A stretch of 53,610 nucleotides of DNA, the filler included, from Jimgerdemannia flammicorona (taxonomy: Eukaryota): assembly GCA_003990765.1 (NCBI GenBank). It is 2 parts of 2 records of this genome, joined end to end, with 100 filler letters (N's around TTAATTAATTAA, not from the genome) between each part and the next. Parts side by side here need not be neighbours in the genome. Positions count along the whole stretch, not along the records: positions 1 to 26,759 come from RBNJ01000698.1; 1 more part is not named here. One strand, written 5' to 3'. This document shows, one piece after another, positions 1 through 13,457 of this stretch. The position numbers and the translations under genes are program-made. Within the stretch, counting starts at the first letter, position 1. Each line of letters opens with the position of its first letter. The notes beneath the pieces were generated by a model. The model ran no database searches, was not told where the DNA came from, and saw only the letters and a list, made by a program, of their open reading frames with translations.

Positions 1-94
<94 letters not shown>
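1..94. repeat. poly(A) homopolymer at contig start
   Basis: Uninterrupted A run. Confidence 0.9.
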
Positions 95-95
<1 letters not shown>

Positions 96-379
96 AAGAG
101 AGTTATAATTTTAAATATTATCTAAATTATTTTTATAGAACAAAGTTTAGAGTTATATTTAGAGTTGAGTTTAGAATTGAGTTTAGAGTTAAGTTCAGAA
201 GTTAGATTCAAGGTTAAGTTTAGAGTTAGATTTAGAGATTAGATTCAAAGTTAAGTTAAGAGTAAATAATAGTTTAGATTAAAGATAAGTATTTTTTTTT
301 TTTATATTGAATTAAATATAAGTTATATATATTTCAAGATTAGATTAAAGATATATAGATTAGTTTAAATTATAAAGTA

Positions 380-1445
380 CTAGATATAGTAGATATCTCT
401 TTTTTTATCTAAAGTAATAGCAAACTTCTAAACTGAGTAATAATATCTTCTCAGATTTTCTTTTAGATATATAGTTATTTTAATAAACTTCTTAATAAGT
501 TCTTTATAGGATTATTATTTCTTTACTACTTTATAACTTTAAACTAAGGTTTATTTTAATTAACTAAAGTTAGGAGAATTATACTAATTGTCTTAGATAT
601 TTAATTTTAACTTTAGTAACTCTCTCTATTATAGAGTCTTGAGAGTATCTAGCTATCTAATATTACTAAGTATAGGTAATCTTTTGTAGTAAGTCTAAGA
701 ACTACTATTTAAAATTAAATTATTAAAACTATTTCTAAATAGATTTCTTTTAGAAAAATTATTTCAGCTACTTAATCTCTGATAATATCTATAAGTATAG
801 AAGATATTTATATTATTATTTATTCTTTGGTAAATTTGGTTAAATTTAATTTTTCAAGATCTACTTAATTTATCTAATTTATAACTAGATCTTCTATATT
901 ATTTAAGAATCTTAAATTAGGTTAGCAGATATTTAGATAGTGATAGTTATTTATTATTTAACTTATAAATAAGAAATTTATCTTAAATAATTACTAAGTT
1001 ATAATATAATAAATATTTAATCTAAGAAATATAGCAGATTTTTCATCTTAAATAATTTATTTTCTTTAAATTCTTAAAGTTAGTACTCCCAAACAAATTG
1101 AATTAATTTAAATCAAGTTTGAATCAAATCAAATTTGAATTGAATTGAGGATTCAAATTAAATCTCAAATCAAATTGGACCTTTGATTCAATTTGAATTG
1201 AATCAAATTAGATCTTTTATTTGATTAAATTAAATTGAATTTGGGTTAAATTCAATTTGATTCAATTTATTAGGAGTACTACTCAGAGTTCTTAGTATAT
1301 AGAATATAGAGATAGATGAGATTAAAATATATCTCTCTATAAGTTTACTTATTTCTTTAAACTATTTTGATCTGAGATTTATTTACTTTAAATACTAGAA
1401 ATATTTATATAAGTTTATCATCTATATAGTGACTAAGTTATAAGA
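380..1445 (-). mobile_element. Heavily AT-mutated relic of a family A Ty3/Gypsy element (gag region, PBS and part of 5' LTR)
   Basis: tagatatagtagatatctc...atctaaagtaatagcaaacttctaaactgagt (~381-438) matches 7055-7110. The 1282-1440 segment (ctcagagt...actattttgatctgaga) matches LTR 8004-8170. Differences are almost all C>T/G>A. Confidence 0.75.
1081..1281. mobile_element. hAT-like MITE with TAGTACTCC terminal inverted repeats
   Basis: Ends tagtactcccaaacaaattgaa...ttcaatttattaggagtacta. Interior is (aattg/caaat)-rich. Degenerate 8-bp TSD cttaaagt / ctcagagt; the intact LTR has a single ctcagagt at the equivalent site. Confidence 0.75.
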
Positions 1446-1771
1446 TATATTATTAAATTAAAAAAATCTTATTAAAAATTTTATTTTAAGAATTTTAATT
1501 AAAAATCTTATTAAAATTTATATAACTATTAATTATATACTATATAATTTAAAAATCTGATTTAAATATTATAATTAAATATCTATCTTCTAATTTTTAT
1601 TCTAACCCTAACCCTAAACCAATTATAATCTAACCATAACCCAAACCCTAACTATATATATCATAAAAAGAAAAATATATATATATATATAATGAAAATA
1701 AAAATCAAATATATATAATTTTTATAAATAAAATTATTTATAAAATATTATAACTTAAAAAATATTAATAT

Positions 1772-2239
1772 TGTAATGTAGTAGACACTTACTCTTGAAA
1801 GTATGTTGGATTTTTGTATCTTGAATACTTTATCTTCTCTGACTCCTTGGAATCCTTGGAATGTAGGGGTAGATGAGTTTGAAGTGTATCTGCCTGCAGG
1901 CTTACTAGTTCCTTTGCTATCTCTTTACTTTTGAACTATTTCGATCTGAGGTTTATTCACTTTAAGATACTGGGTTATTTATACAAGTTTTGCTAACTAT
2001 AAGGTAACTAAGTAATGGCTCATTTTGTAAGTGTTGAATATTTTAACATCTGCTAAGATTTCGCTGATTGTGAAGATTCTAACATCTCCTAAATCTTTGC
2101 AAACATTAAAGTTTCTGCACTTTGCGGAATGTGGCTACTATTTTTATGAGGCTAAGCTATATTGGAAATTGAATTCAGGTACTGCGATCAAATGTCTAAT
2201 TCCTCTATTTCATATTACTAATTCAGATCAGCCATTACA
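1772..2239 (-). repeat. 3' LTR of copy A1
   Basis: TG...CA ends; direct repeat of 7931-8398; minus-strand TATAAATA and AATAAA; purine tract AGAAGGAAGA (2240-2249, minus) abuts it. Confidence 0.95.
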
Positions 2240-2280
2240 TCTTCCTTCTGAATAGATGATTTATCTCAGGAGCATCCTAT

Positions 2281-2740
2281 TCACTCAAATTCCCAGGCTT
2301 CTACAATTTGTATTTCCTTATTGTATAATTTGTGTCATTACATCCTTCCAATGTTGTCTCTTAACATATCCAAAGTCTCCTGGGGTTACTCCTCGGAAAT
2401 GGGCTAAAGCTGACTTGTTATCTTTGAATAACTTGTGTACTCTTTTTGCAATTGTAATCTGAGTGTAAGAGAGCTGACATTCTCTAATCCAGTCTTATTT
2501 TCCCATCTTCAGTTTTGAATTCAGTGGCTGTTCCAACTTGAAGTATTCCTGAAACTCAGTTCAGTTCTGGTAGGCCTTGAAATGTGAGATTTGTGATAAG
2601 TGTGTTTGCACTATATTCTAGATGCTGTTGAAGAATTCTTCTATTGTTGGTGGCTTAGTAGAACACCACTATCTTTCAATGGCTTGCTGGGCTGCACTAG
2701 TAATTCTGAGGGCAGCAGTATTACTTCATTGACTGGTCAT
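2281..2740 (-). pseudogene. Disrupted copy of the family A accessory ORF (between integrase and PPT)
   Basis: Aligns with 15183-15644 (LRITSAAQQAIER...EAWEFE*); contains stops and indels. Confidence 0.75.
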
Positions 2741-2744
2741 GATA

Positions 2745-5700
2745 CTTCTTGAGTCAGTTTTGGTAGATAGTAGTGGGGATGATTGTATCTGAGAGTTTTT
2801 GTGACCATGAGGCTTCTACCATGTTCCAATACACCAGGACTTTGTCTCCTATCTTGATAATCTCCAGGGGTTTGTGGGTTTTTTCTGCATTTTTCCATTG
2901 TAGTGTCTGTACCTTTGTTATGTAATCCTCAGCCTTCTTTCTGATTTGGTGTAGTCTCTGTATTTCTCCATCCACATGTTTCCATATAGCATCTCTATTG
3001 AATGATAGGGTTTCTTGAGAACTTTCTTCTCTGAATAGCATTTCTCAAGGAGTAAAGTGGGTACTTTGTGATCTGATATCTTGGAGAGCAGATAATGCTA
3101 TTGGCAGATAGTGATCCCAGTTTTCATAGTTATTGCAGATCTTGGCAATAACATTCTTGAGAGTCTTGTTGGTCCTTTCTGCTTGTCTGTTTCCTTAAGG
3201 GTGATAGGCTGTAGTCTGAATGTGCTGGATCTTGTACTTCTTGTAGAGAACCTCAAAGAACTAGTTCACAAATTCTGTTCCTCTATCTGTAGTTACTTGT
3301 ATTGGGGTCTTGAACCAGCAGATGATTTCTTTGTGCAAGAAATCAGCGATTGACTGTGCATTGGTTTCCTTGAGGGGTCCTGCTTCTATTCACTTTGTAA
3401 AAAGGTTTACAATGATAATGATATATCAGTTACCAGTCAGGGTCAAGGGTAGAGGGCCAATCACATCCATTGCTATGTAGGCAAATGGTACTGGTTCTAT
3501 ATGTGCTGATTCTGGGGCTTGGTTTTATTGGTCTTGTTTCTGTTTCTGGCATTTGTTGCAGTTTTTGACAAATTGTCTGATATCTTTCTCCATTCCTGGC
3601 CACCATATCATTCTTCTTACCTAATCGTATGTATTCATTCCTCCTAGATGGCCAAGTTCATGTACTGATTTCATTGCTTGCTCCTTCTTATGCTCTGGTA
3701 TGACTAGTAGTTTTTCTTTCTTCAGTGTTTGTCCATCAGTTTCAAATTGTTTCCAAGTTCTGTTGATAATTGTTTGTGTCCATTATTCCAGATGTTGGGG
3801 CATCTTTCACTGTCCCAGATATGTGATAATTCTGTAGTAGAGCTCCTTATTTATAATTGATTTGTTGGTTGGAGGTGTTTCAAGATGTCCGTGAGAAAGC
3901 ATCTGTATTGGAATTTGTTCTTCCAGGGCAGTATACAATGGTTACATCATAGGCTTGTAACTTCATTATCCATCTGGCATAGATTCCTTTGGGTTGTCCA
4001 GTTGTCAGTAGCTAGGTGAGAGCTGAGTGGTCTATCTGAATGGTGAAGTATCTTCCAGCCAGATAGTAGTGGAACTTTTCCACAGCCCAGATGACTGTGA
4101 GGTATTCCAACTTGTAGGATTCATATTATTTTTCAGCTCCTTGGGTTCCTCAGCTAAGGTATGTAATGACATACTCTTTTTTGTCTTTCTTTTGAGCTAG
4201 AACTGCTCCTAGTCCTTGTGCACTTGCATCTGTCTGAAGGATAAACTCTTGAGTCCAATTGGGTTGTCTGAGGATGAGTGCCTGAGTCAGTCTGACCTTG
4301 AGTTCATCAAATGCTTTTTGTTGTCTACCAGTCCACTGGAACTTAGTGTCCTTTTTGTTGAGTTTGTAGATTGGACCTGCAATATTGGAGAATCCTCTGA
4401 TAAATCTGTGATAGTAGAAGGCAAGTCCCATGAAGGCTTGGGCTTCTGTAACAGTAGTGGGCCTTGAGTATACTGCTACTGCTTGTATCTTGAGGGGGTC
4501 TGTGTGCATTCCATCTCAATTGATAATATGGCCAAGGTAGGAGATCTTGATTTCTGCAAATTTGCATTTTTTGGGCTTGATATACAGGCCGTACTTTCTC
4601 AGTCTTTCTATTATCTGCTGTATGTGCTGCAGATGTTCCTCAGGTATCTTGCTGTAGATAATTATGTCATCAATATAAACCATCATCCATCTTCCTATGT
4701 CATAGTGGAAGATTTTGTTCATCATTTGCTGAAAGCTTGCTGGTGCATTGTACATCCCAAATGGCATTTGTAGGTAGATGTAGGTTCCATCTAGGGTGAT
4801 GAAGGCTAACTTTTCACTTGCCATCTCTGTGAGTCTGATTTGGTGGAATCCTGAGTATAAGTCCAAGGTGCTGTAGTACTGTGCTTCATCTTCCAGTGTT
4901 ATAAGGATATCACTGATGAGGGGCAGTGGTTGGCGATCCTTCTTAGTAACTGCATTGAGCTTTCTATAGTCAACACAGAGTCTTGGGGTGAATTCTCCAG
5001 GTTTGCTTCCTTTTTTTGGGACTAGTACAACTGGTGAAGACCAGGGGCTGCTGGCTTCTTTGATAATACCAGCTTCTTCTATCTGTTTGATTTCTTCTCT
5101 GAGCCATTCTCAGTAGGCTGGTGGGATAGGTCTTGCCTTCTGGTAAATTGGTTTGGTGTCTCCAGTATCTACCTCATGATAGTAGTATGGGATCTTTCTC
5201 TTGATATCCTTAAAATCCATGGTGAGGACATCCTTGAATTTGTGGAGTATTTTCTTGAGTTCCTCCTTGAGTGGAAATTCATTTCCAATGGTGTAACTGT
5301 GCTTGTTTGTGACTTCCTCCTTCTTATGCTCCAGTTCAGTAATCTTGGTACTGGTGAATACTCCTCTTCTTGTGGATCTGAATCCTTTCTTTCCTCTTTT
5401 CGTTTCCTCCAAATTCTTGACTTCTATGATCCTTGGTTGTAGGATTGGAAAGATCAACATCTGTGCCAATCGGTCCTTCTTCTTGACTGGAAATGGGATT
5501 GTAGGATTGTGATTCCTAACAATGAGCAGGATTTCTCCAGTATAGTCAGAATCGATGACTCCTCCTTCAATCGTAATTTCGCTTCTGACCAGGCTGCTTC
5601 TTGTCTTGAGGATCCTAACATAATCCTTTGAGATAGTCATCTCCAGTCCAGTTATGAGTAGGGTGGTTGTTTGGAGTTCTAGTACAGCTTCTTCTACTGT

Positions 5701-7836
5701 GGCGATGTCCATTCCAGCTGCATTTTCTGACTTGTATTCTGGCAAGACTGCATCAGGGTGGGTCCTTCAGATCTTGACCTTAATTTCTTCTTCATCATCA
5801 CTATCCTCCAGGAGGGCTGGTAGTTCATCATCTTCCTCCTCCTTCACTTCTCTGACCTGTTTTTTGAGAGCTTTCTGTTTTCTTTCCTGGTGGATTTTCT
5901 TGATTCTGATGGTGCACTGGTAGCAATCATTGACATGCTCCATATAGTACATCTTAATTCCATAAGAACAGACTCCTTGTGATATATAGCCTTCTGCAAT
6001 CTTCTTACACCATTCTTCTTCGCTCATCTGTCCAACTTTCTTCTTCAGAGTAGTCACCATATAAGTTTCCTCTTGCTCACTCTCTTCTTCCTCCATGTCA
6101 GGCAAGACTCCTTTGTTGACATTGATGGGAATTTGTATCTTCTGTCTCCAGTAGGTGATTTGCATCTTCTGGGCATTGAGATTGATTACTGCCCTGGCTT
6201 TGTGAAGCTATTGATTACCGATGAGGATGTCATAGTTGGTGACATTGGTTACAATTACATCTACTGGGATGGTTGCTCCTCTAATCTTGATGGGGACTTC
6301 TCAGATCTTTCCCAGAGGGGTGGCTCTTGTGCCATCTGCTGTGACAAAAACCAACTTGGTTGCTTCTTCAACTTCCCAGCCTAGGCAGTCTGCTGCTTTC
6401 TTGCTAAGGAAACATCCTCCTGCTCCAGTATTGATGATGGCTTCAAAGACTCTATCTTTGATTTGGCATATTGCATAGGCAGAGGTTTTGCAATTGTCTT
6501 CACTTTCTTCTTCTGAGTCCTCTTGAATGTTGTTGGCCTCAGTTATCTTTCATCCTTACTTCTTGGTTGTTTTGGCAAGTCCAAACCTCATTTGTTGTCT
6601 AAATGTTGGTATTTCTACAAGCTGACCAAAGGTTGCATTGACCTTTTGTTAGCCAAGATCCTTGAAGATATCATACTTGAAAGTCTTGGTCTTGCGAAGT
6701 TTCTTTTCTTTTTCTCCTTCACTGGCTGGAGTAGTTTCTTAGATAATATCTTGAACTGCTTGCTCCAGCTCCATATCTTTGTCCATCTCTTCAGCTTGGC
6801 TTTTGGTGGCTGTTTCTATCTGCTTTTCTACTGGGTTCTTCTTGGGTCTTCCTGGTGGTCTCTTGTAGAGTTCTTTGTGAACATTCTTCTTGGTAGTCTG
6901 AGCAGAATAGGTCTCCTATTCTTCTTCATCAGAATCTCCAATTTCCTCGAAGGTAATTGTATTGACCTGCTCCCTGTTGTATAGCATTGCTTGGTTGAGC
7001 CTTGTGTGCTTGGTTTTGCTCATACATTCATAGGAGTAGTGGTCTTCTTCTCCGCAGGTATAGCAGGTATCTTTCTTTTTATCTGAGGTGACAGCAAACT
7101 TTTGAACTGAGCAGCAGTTTCTTCCTTGGATTTCTTTTACCATGTCTTCCAGGTGGACAGTCATTTCAGCGAACCTCTTGGTAAGTTCCTCTATAGGGTC
7201 ACTATTCTTTTGCTACTCTGTAGTTTTTGACTGAGATATGTTTTACTTGATCATTGTAGTAGAGATCACACTGGTTGCCTTTGGTGTTTTAATTCTAACT
7301 CCTGTGACTCTTTCTATTGTATGGTCTTGTGGGTGTCTGGCTGTCCAATATCACTGAGCATAGGTGACCTTCTGTAGCAGATCCAAGACTACTGGTGATG
7401 AATAGATGGCCATGGCTATCTCTGGGTGAACTCCTTTCATGAAGGTTGCTTCGGCTACTTAATCTCAGATAGCAGCAGCATAATCTGTGAGGATTATCTG
7501 ATATTGAATTCTGGTATAGAATGTGTTTGGATCCTCACTTATTTCTTGGCATATTGTGTTGAGCTGATCCTTCAGGGCTTGCTTGATCTCATCTGTATAA
7601 TATATATTTCAGAGCCAGGTCTTCTGTACTGTCAGTATAGCATCAGCATCATTTCCTGCATGAGTTGTGGCTATGAATACTGCTCTGGCAGAACCTTGTA
7701 GGCTGAAGGGCATGAGGGCTACTTGCTGTACTGCTGTCAGAGTCCTTACAGCAGCATACTGCTCGAAATCATCAATGAAGGTAATGATTGATTCATCTGA
7801 GATATACCCATGGAATACTGATGGTCTCATATCCAT
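2745..7836 (-). pseudogene. gag-pol polyprotein of copy A1 with many nonsense mutations
   Basis: Zinc knuckle CYTCGEEDHYSYEC (~7025-7066); protease motif read as IINTGAGG (D>N, ~6415-6440); RT 4516-5200 (MPFG, YIDD); RNase H ILQTDAS; integrase 2750-3700. Confidence 0.92.
5370..5775 (-). pseudogene. dUTPase domain within A1 pol, between protease and RT
   Basis: Trimeric dUTPase motifs AAGMDI, RSSL, GVIDSDYTGE, RLAQ, RGxKGF. Confidence 0.92.
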
Positions 7837-7930
7837 TTTGTCTGGGTATTGGGGCTCAGTTTGTATAGTTGCTCAGGTAGTGGCAGTTGTTTATTATTTG
7901 TCTTGAATTACCAGCCAATGGGCACCAAGT

Positions 7931-8398
7931 TGTAATGTAGTGAATGCTTACTCTTGAAAGTAAATTGGATTTCTGTATCTTGAATACTTGATCTTCTCTG
8001 ACTCCTCAGAGTCCTTGGGATGCAGGGGTAGATGAGTTCAAAGTATATCTACCCACAGGCTTACTAGTTCCTTTGCTATCTCTTTGCTTTTGAACTATTT
8101 TGATCTGAGGTTTATTCACTCTAAGATACTGAGTTATTTATATAAGTTTTGCTAACTATAAGGTGGCTAAGTAATGGCTCATTTTGTAAGTGTTGAATCT
8201 TTTAACATCTGCTAAGATTTCGCTGATTGTGAAGATTCTAACATCTCCTAAATCTTTGCAAACATTAAAGTTTCTACACTTTGTGGAATGTGGCTGCTAT
8301 TTTTATAAGGCTAAGCTATATTGGGAATCAGATTCAGGTATTGCAATCAAATGTCTAATTTCTCTGTTTCATATTACTAATTCAGATGAGCCATCATA
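7931..8398 (-). repeat. 5' LTR of copy A1
   Basis: Direct repeat of 1772-2239; followed on the minus strand by ACT-TGGTGCCCATTGG (PBS-like). Confidence 0.95.
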
Positions 8399-8423
8399 AT
8401 ATTTAATTAAATTTCTCAGATCT

Positions 8424-9620
8424 TTATTATTATTATTATTATTATTATTATTTTAATAGACTTAATGTCTTGTGGATTTTTATTGGAAGAGAACCTAGAC
8501 TATATAGTCCAAAACTCTCCCCCACCACTTATCAAACACTGCCCCCCTATTAATCTAGACTAGCTATTATCCAGCAGCTCAACTATATCAGGCACAGCAG
8601 GGTCTATAGTGGCCTGCACTTCATTCTGTACACCATGCTCTCTCTATCACCAGGAGAAACCCAACCATATACCAATAACTGAAAGCATACCCAGAAACCC
8701 AACATATGTACAAGACCATGCCTGAGCCAATAGAAAAGCCCCTGCCATCCCAAAGAGAATAACAGGCAAAGAAAAAACCCTCATCAAAGTACAACATGGT
8801 GGGCAGAGCCTAGTTCTCCCAGTCGAGGTGAGTAAAGAACTTATATGTGAGGTGGGAGGAGACCCCCAATACCCCACTACTCAAGCCTGCAGGCCTTGAT
8901 CACATTGCTATATCAGCTCCCAGTTCCAGTTAAGTGCAGCCAAGATACCTGAAATGGATAGCCTCAAGCCCCCCAACCCTCTCTGATGACTGAGGCCCAA
9001 CTTGCCAAATTGCCAAAAGAAGCCAAGAGTAACACCTACTACTAACCACACCATACTAATCAAAAGGCCCCACTGAAGCAATATATACCCCAGCCCCAAC
9101 AACTGCCCCCAGCCTAGCACTCTACTGATTTACCATTATCACCCTTCCTCTTATCTATGATGGCCATCTCTCCTTCCATCCCAATAACATCCAAAAAGCA
9201 GCCACCTATATCAGAACTGTGCTCACTGGGAAGCTTGCCAAAGCCAGAGAGCCCCACCACAGATACCAAGAACCTGCAGATAATCTATACTGAGCACTTG
9301 ATGCCCAAGGTCAGCTAACTCTCTACATAACCTGAGACACACCAAGACAGCATCTTGTTGACAACAATAAAAGGAAAAAGACACCTCACCAAAATAGATG
9401 TACTCTAGATGCAGCCAAAGGTACCAGAAACTGTGAAAAAGTGGAAAAAAAACCAATCCAACACTGATAAAAGGGCAACTCATCACTATTGCCTCCCTCC
9501 CACTGCCCTGCAACAGGCACAACAAACCAACCCAAGATAAAGGGGGTAAAAATTATGGAAAATGGACTCAGAAGGTTACCTATCAAACCATTGTGACCGG
9601 TAAGGTAGCGGAGAAAGGTG
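8424..9620 (-). mobile_element. ~1.2-kb repeat with minus-strand AATAAA and (TAA)n tail; probable non-autonomous non-LTR retroelement
   Basis: (att)n tract 8424-8453 next to ...ggatttttattgg. A colinear, more degraded copy lies at ~27850-29560 with the same two boundaries. Confidence 0.6.
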
Positions 9621-9824
9621 CACGGATCTTCATTGTTATATAATAATATATTGTTATTTAAAAAATCACAACTAGAACACATACAATTCATCACATTTCG
9701 TTAAGATATGGGGCGCAATTTTTCAAAAATATGCATTATCACTCATTGAAATAAGGCATATTTTGAAACATTGCGCCACATATAAATAACTTAGTGGTGC
9801 AACGAGTAGTGCAACGCATGACGG

Positions 9825-12800
9825 TCACATGAAGTACATGACTATGATATGTTAAAGCAATTTGAGAAATAGAGAAACAGATGATGGGTATTGATCGGAT
9901 TTCATTCAAAAATTGGAGTGGACAATGAAACGACGACTTACCCTTTCGAAGGTCTGGTTTCACCTGACGATAACTGGCAATGGCTCGATTTTGCGCCTCT
10001 TGATCGGAGACCTCAGTCGAAGTATCAGCTTCCGATTCGTGAAAGTTTGTCGTATGAAAACTGTCCGAGGCAAGGTTAAGCACAAGTTCAAAAGATGTGG
10101 CGTAATCCAAACCGAATAGAATCTAATAAATACCGTGCCCTAGTTGCGATCAGATCGGCGTAATAAGCTAATTTAAAATGCAGGCACGAAATATTAGCGT
10201 GTATAAGAAGTATTAAGATTGCGAAATTATTTTAGATTACGTACCAGGTGGAACTATGGACACTGCGCGTGTGGCGCGGCCATAGAGATAGCATAGTTTA
10301 TACGTCAAATCTTGTAAGCTATCCGGGGTGAAATTGTTCTCATCGTGAAGAACATGGTAGTGACAAGGACGCGAAGTGCCTTTCAACCCTGCATGAGATT
10401 GCAAATCTGAGAAGAAGAGGAGTATTACATTCCATAGAGAACTCATAGTTAAGGATGAATGTGCAAATTGGTAGAGGCTCACAGAAATCAAACTCAAAAG
10501 GATGAGTTATCGTGGTTTCAACCACAGTTCCAGGAAGACAGTTGCCAGTCCGGTCCGCATCTTGTTTTCTCATCGGGAAAAAGCGCGCATGGTGACGTTT
10601 TTGCACAATGACGAACGTAATGGTGGGATTATAATTAGGATCAAGTGATGTGCAGGCCGCTGCGTCGTAAACAAAATTTAACCGTGAGCGACGAGGAGTA
10701 AAAGTACATCGGAAGATTAATAAGGATAATAGATCTAATACGCGAAGATGCCTACGACAAAGCAGAAAGATGGAGAAAGCGTGTGACGATTGATGACACA
10801 TACCCCGAACCGCTCTAATCTCCTCTTCCCTAACTATCTGAAATTGGCGCTCGGAGACACCATCACGATAGAACAAAATTCGGCGTGGCTTTTGGCCGCA
10901 TTGCTGATAGAAGGTTTTCAGTATTTCCACCACCATTTCCGCCAGATCGCTTATAATCTCGACGCGTCCCTCTTGGACGCGAATCGAAGCGGAATACCGA
11001 GATGCCCTTGAATCCATGGATCCACATACGGCGGCAATCGACGGCTTGTTCACGGCTCCAGGTGCTGGGTGTGTAACATCTGCTCCAAACAAAATTGTCG
11101 GTTGCTCCGCGATGAAGGGGATTTGGTCCCTATTCAAAAATGAATTCATTCCACCGAGCTTGAGATTCACCTTCAAACATACGTTTGCGCAATATTGCTT
11201 CTTGGGCTCAAATGTGTGCACAGCTTGTACGCACTGAGAAGAGACACCAATCACGGTATCAGTGACTCTCTTGATCTGGGCGTAAAGATTTACATCCGTG
11301 TCGGGCAGAACGCACATAAGGAGTTGAGGCTGTGCTTTCGCGGTTCGAGCGGCTTCAAACCAGCCTTCCTTTAGGATCTCCTCAATGTTTCCGTTATGGC
11401 TCACTTGGCGAATAGGCGGCTCTCGATTGACGACGTTCTAACAAACGGAATATGTAATACGTGGCCAATAAGTTGATGAGCAAAGAGATATAACGCGCTA
11501 TTAATGTGATAGATGTTGCGCCATGGGTAAAACATACCAGGCCTGTAGTGTGGAATATCTGGACCATTTCACGGATGAATACTTCTAACTGACGAATCGT
11601 CGGACTTCTCCTGGATCTCGGGTCACGAAAGTGGATCACCGCCCAGGACCCCAGCACAGCACCTGTGGCAACCTTGGTATTGCGCAAATTCCATGCACCA
11701 CCGTCGGGAACGACGTCTCTTGAACTCGAGTGATAGGATAATGTCGGCGTTTCAAGTACCCGGGCCTTGACAATAGCCATCTCGGTACCCACTGTGAGGC
11801 CGAAATGCTTGAGATAGTCATTCTCGCGGTAATTCAGGAGGTCTATTCCCTCCTTAATGAGATTAGCTCGCATGTCCGGAGGTTGACAGGTGAAATTGAT
11901 CATTTCCTTTGTCTGCGCCCTGTTGAGCTTCCTCAGGCAACGTTGGCCTTTGACGACGTGACATACTTCAATGGGAAGGTAATTATTTTTCTGGACAACA
12001 ACGCACGGCAACATCGGAAAGTTGAGACGCCTGTTGTACGTCTTTCTGAAATATGACGCGACGTCTTGCCTCACTCCAGTATCGCCAGTCTCGAAGAAAG
12101 TCTTGTCAGGGGTGGTTTTCGTGAGCTTGAAGATTTGAAATTTTCTCCTGAAATTGTCACCGCGGTGGTCCACCGTGATTCGGAGGCTTTTGATGGCTTT
12201 CTCTACCTTGCCCCATTCCTCACCGAAACCGTCACGGAGGTCATCTCGCCTATTATAATTGAGGATCTTCGCTACCATGTCTATGAGCGGAATTTCCTCA
12301 TAGAAAACCGTCGCGCTTACATCGACATTTATCATCATTTTGCCTACGGATATGAGGTAGCAATTGATCAATAAATTATTCCATACCCGGATGCATTGGT
12401 AGTGATGCCGTAACGATTCAATGCTCACCTACTGCTGGACGGGCGGATTGATGGTACCCCTGCCAGACCTCCGACCCATTAGGAAGCCAGCCCTTACGTC
12501 GGTCTGTGAAAAACGAACGGCCAACTGGGGCGTATAACATGGAGGGCTTGTGTCGAATGAGGACGTCGAGCACCATTATCGCTAGAATGTGAATGACATT
12601 GTACGGAAGACGTGGGAAAAAGAGGTGAGGAAGTCTACTTCGTAATGTCCGCGAAACTGGTTGGATATGATTGGTGTATTACCATTCAAACAATTGTCCG
12701 TCAGGCCTAGTTTAGCTTCCAAGAACTCGGGTAATTCGGCCATGATGATGTCCCCAACCTTCCTGATATTAATTTTGAATTTTTTCGGGGAAATTTCCGA

Positions 12801-13457
12801 AAGAGGAGCATCACCATCCTCAGGAAGGACAACCTGCAATGTAATCGAAAATCGAGAAGTTGAATGTATATAATATCAATACACTGTTCCTAGAACGATA
12901 ATTCGGCGTTCCATTTTACACATTTCCCCTTCTTTTCGAGGGAACTGACCCGATACACAGTTAACAATAAAGGTGTAATGTGATGGGGTCCCCGAGAAGT
13001 CGGAAGGGTGGTAAGCGTGTCGTTAAAAAACCACCAGGACGTCGTCTTCCATGCGCACAATTTGAAATCATGGCAAGAATTCCGGTACCAATTTATCCGA
13101 TGGGTGTTGTTATACCCGCTGTTACAAGGGGGATAATATACTCACATCAAATACGGCTGCATCATTCTCATCGAAAGGCAAGGCTTTTGGGGAATACGCG
13201 TTTTTGCGACCGTCATAAATAGGGCGAAATCTACCAAGGACGCGCGCGTTCAATTTTTCGTCTTCGAATTGTTGCCAGATTCGACGATTGAGGGAAGGTG
13301 GAATTTTCATTAGGGGGGTGACATCGTTTAGGATGGTGACATCGTAGTGGTAAATGTCGGCGCTGGGTAAACTTTGAACTTCGAAGAAGTTTGAGCGAAT
13401 GTTGATCTCGCGACCTAGGCAACCCAAGCCAGGGCGTTTGACGTTCTCTGTCGACAT
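9825..13457 (-). CDS. AGO: Argonaute (QDE-2/Ago1-like), 9 exons, apparently intact
   Basis: Exons approx. 13457-13146, 12833-12683, 12581-12429, 12343-11538, 11437-10804, 10659-10483, 10406-10245, then 10167-10133 + 10061-9942 and a final 17-nt exon 9841-9825 (so 10 if the last small intron calls all hold). GT-AG introns; PAZ (YLPIEVC), MID (QCV), PIWI GADVTH / EII / YRDGVSE / AYYADL; C-terminus VMYFM*. Confidence 0.95.

Larger units (their letters stand above)
1772..8398 (-). mobile_element. Full-length, inactivated Ty3/Gypsy LTR retrotransposon (family A, copy A1): gag-PR-Zn motif-dUTPase-RT-RNaseH-IN plus extra ORF
   Basis: 468-bp direct LTRs at 1772-2239 and 7931-8398, 4-bp TSD ATAT (1768-1771 / 8399-8402), PBS-like TGGTGCCC next to the 5' LTR, PPT next to the 3' LTR, RT YIDD, RNase H TDAS, integrase core. 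Confidence 0.95.

Noticed and set aside
1601..1655. Telomere-like CCCTAA repeats
   Set aside because: Only a few degenerate units, internal to AT-rich repeat debris; not a chromosome end.
2031..2255. Plus-strand ORFs in the A1 LTRs (also 8190-8399) and the many antisense ORFs over pol, AGO, GAL10 and the protease
   Set aside because: Shadow frames without ATG starts or motifs; the similarity between the two only reflects LTR duplication.
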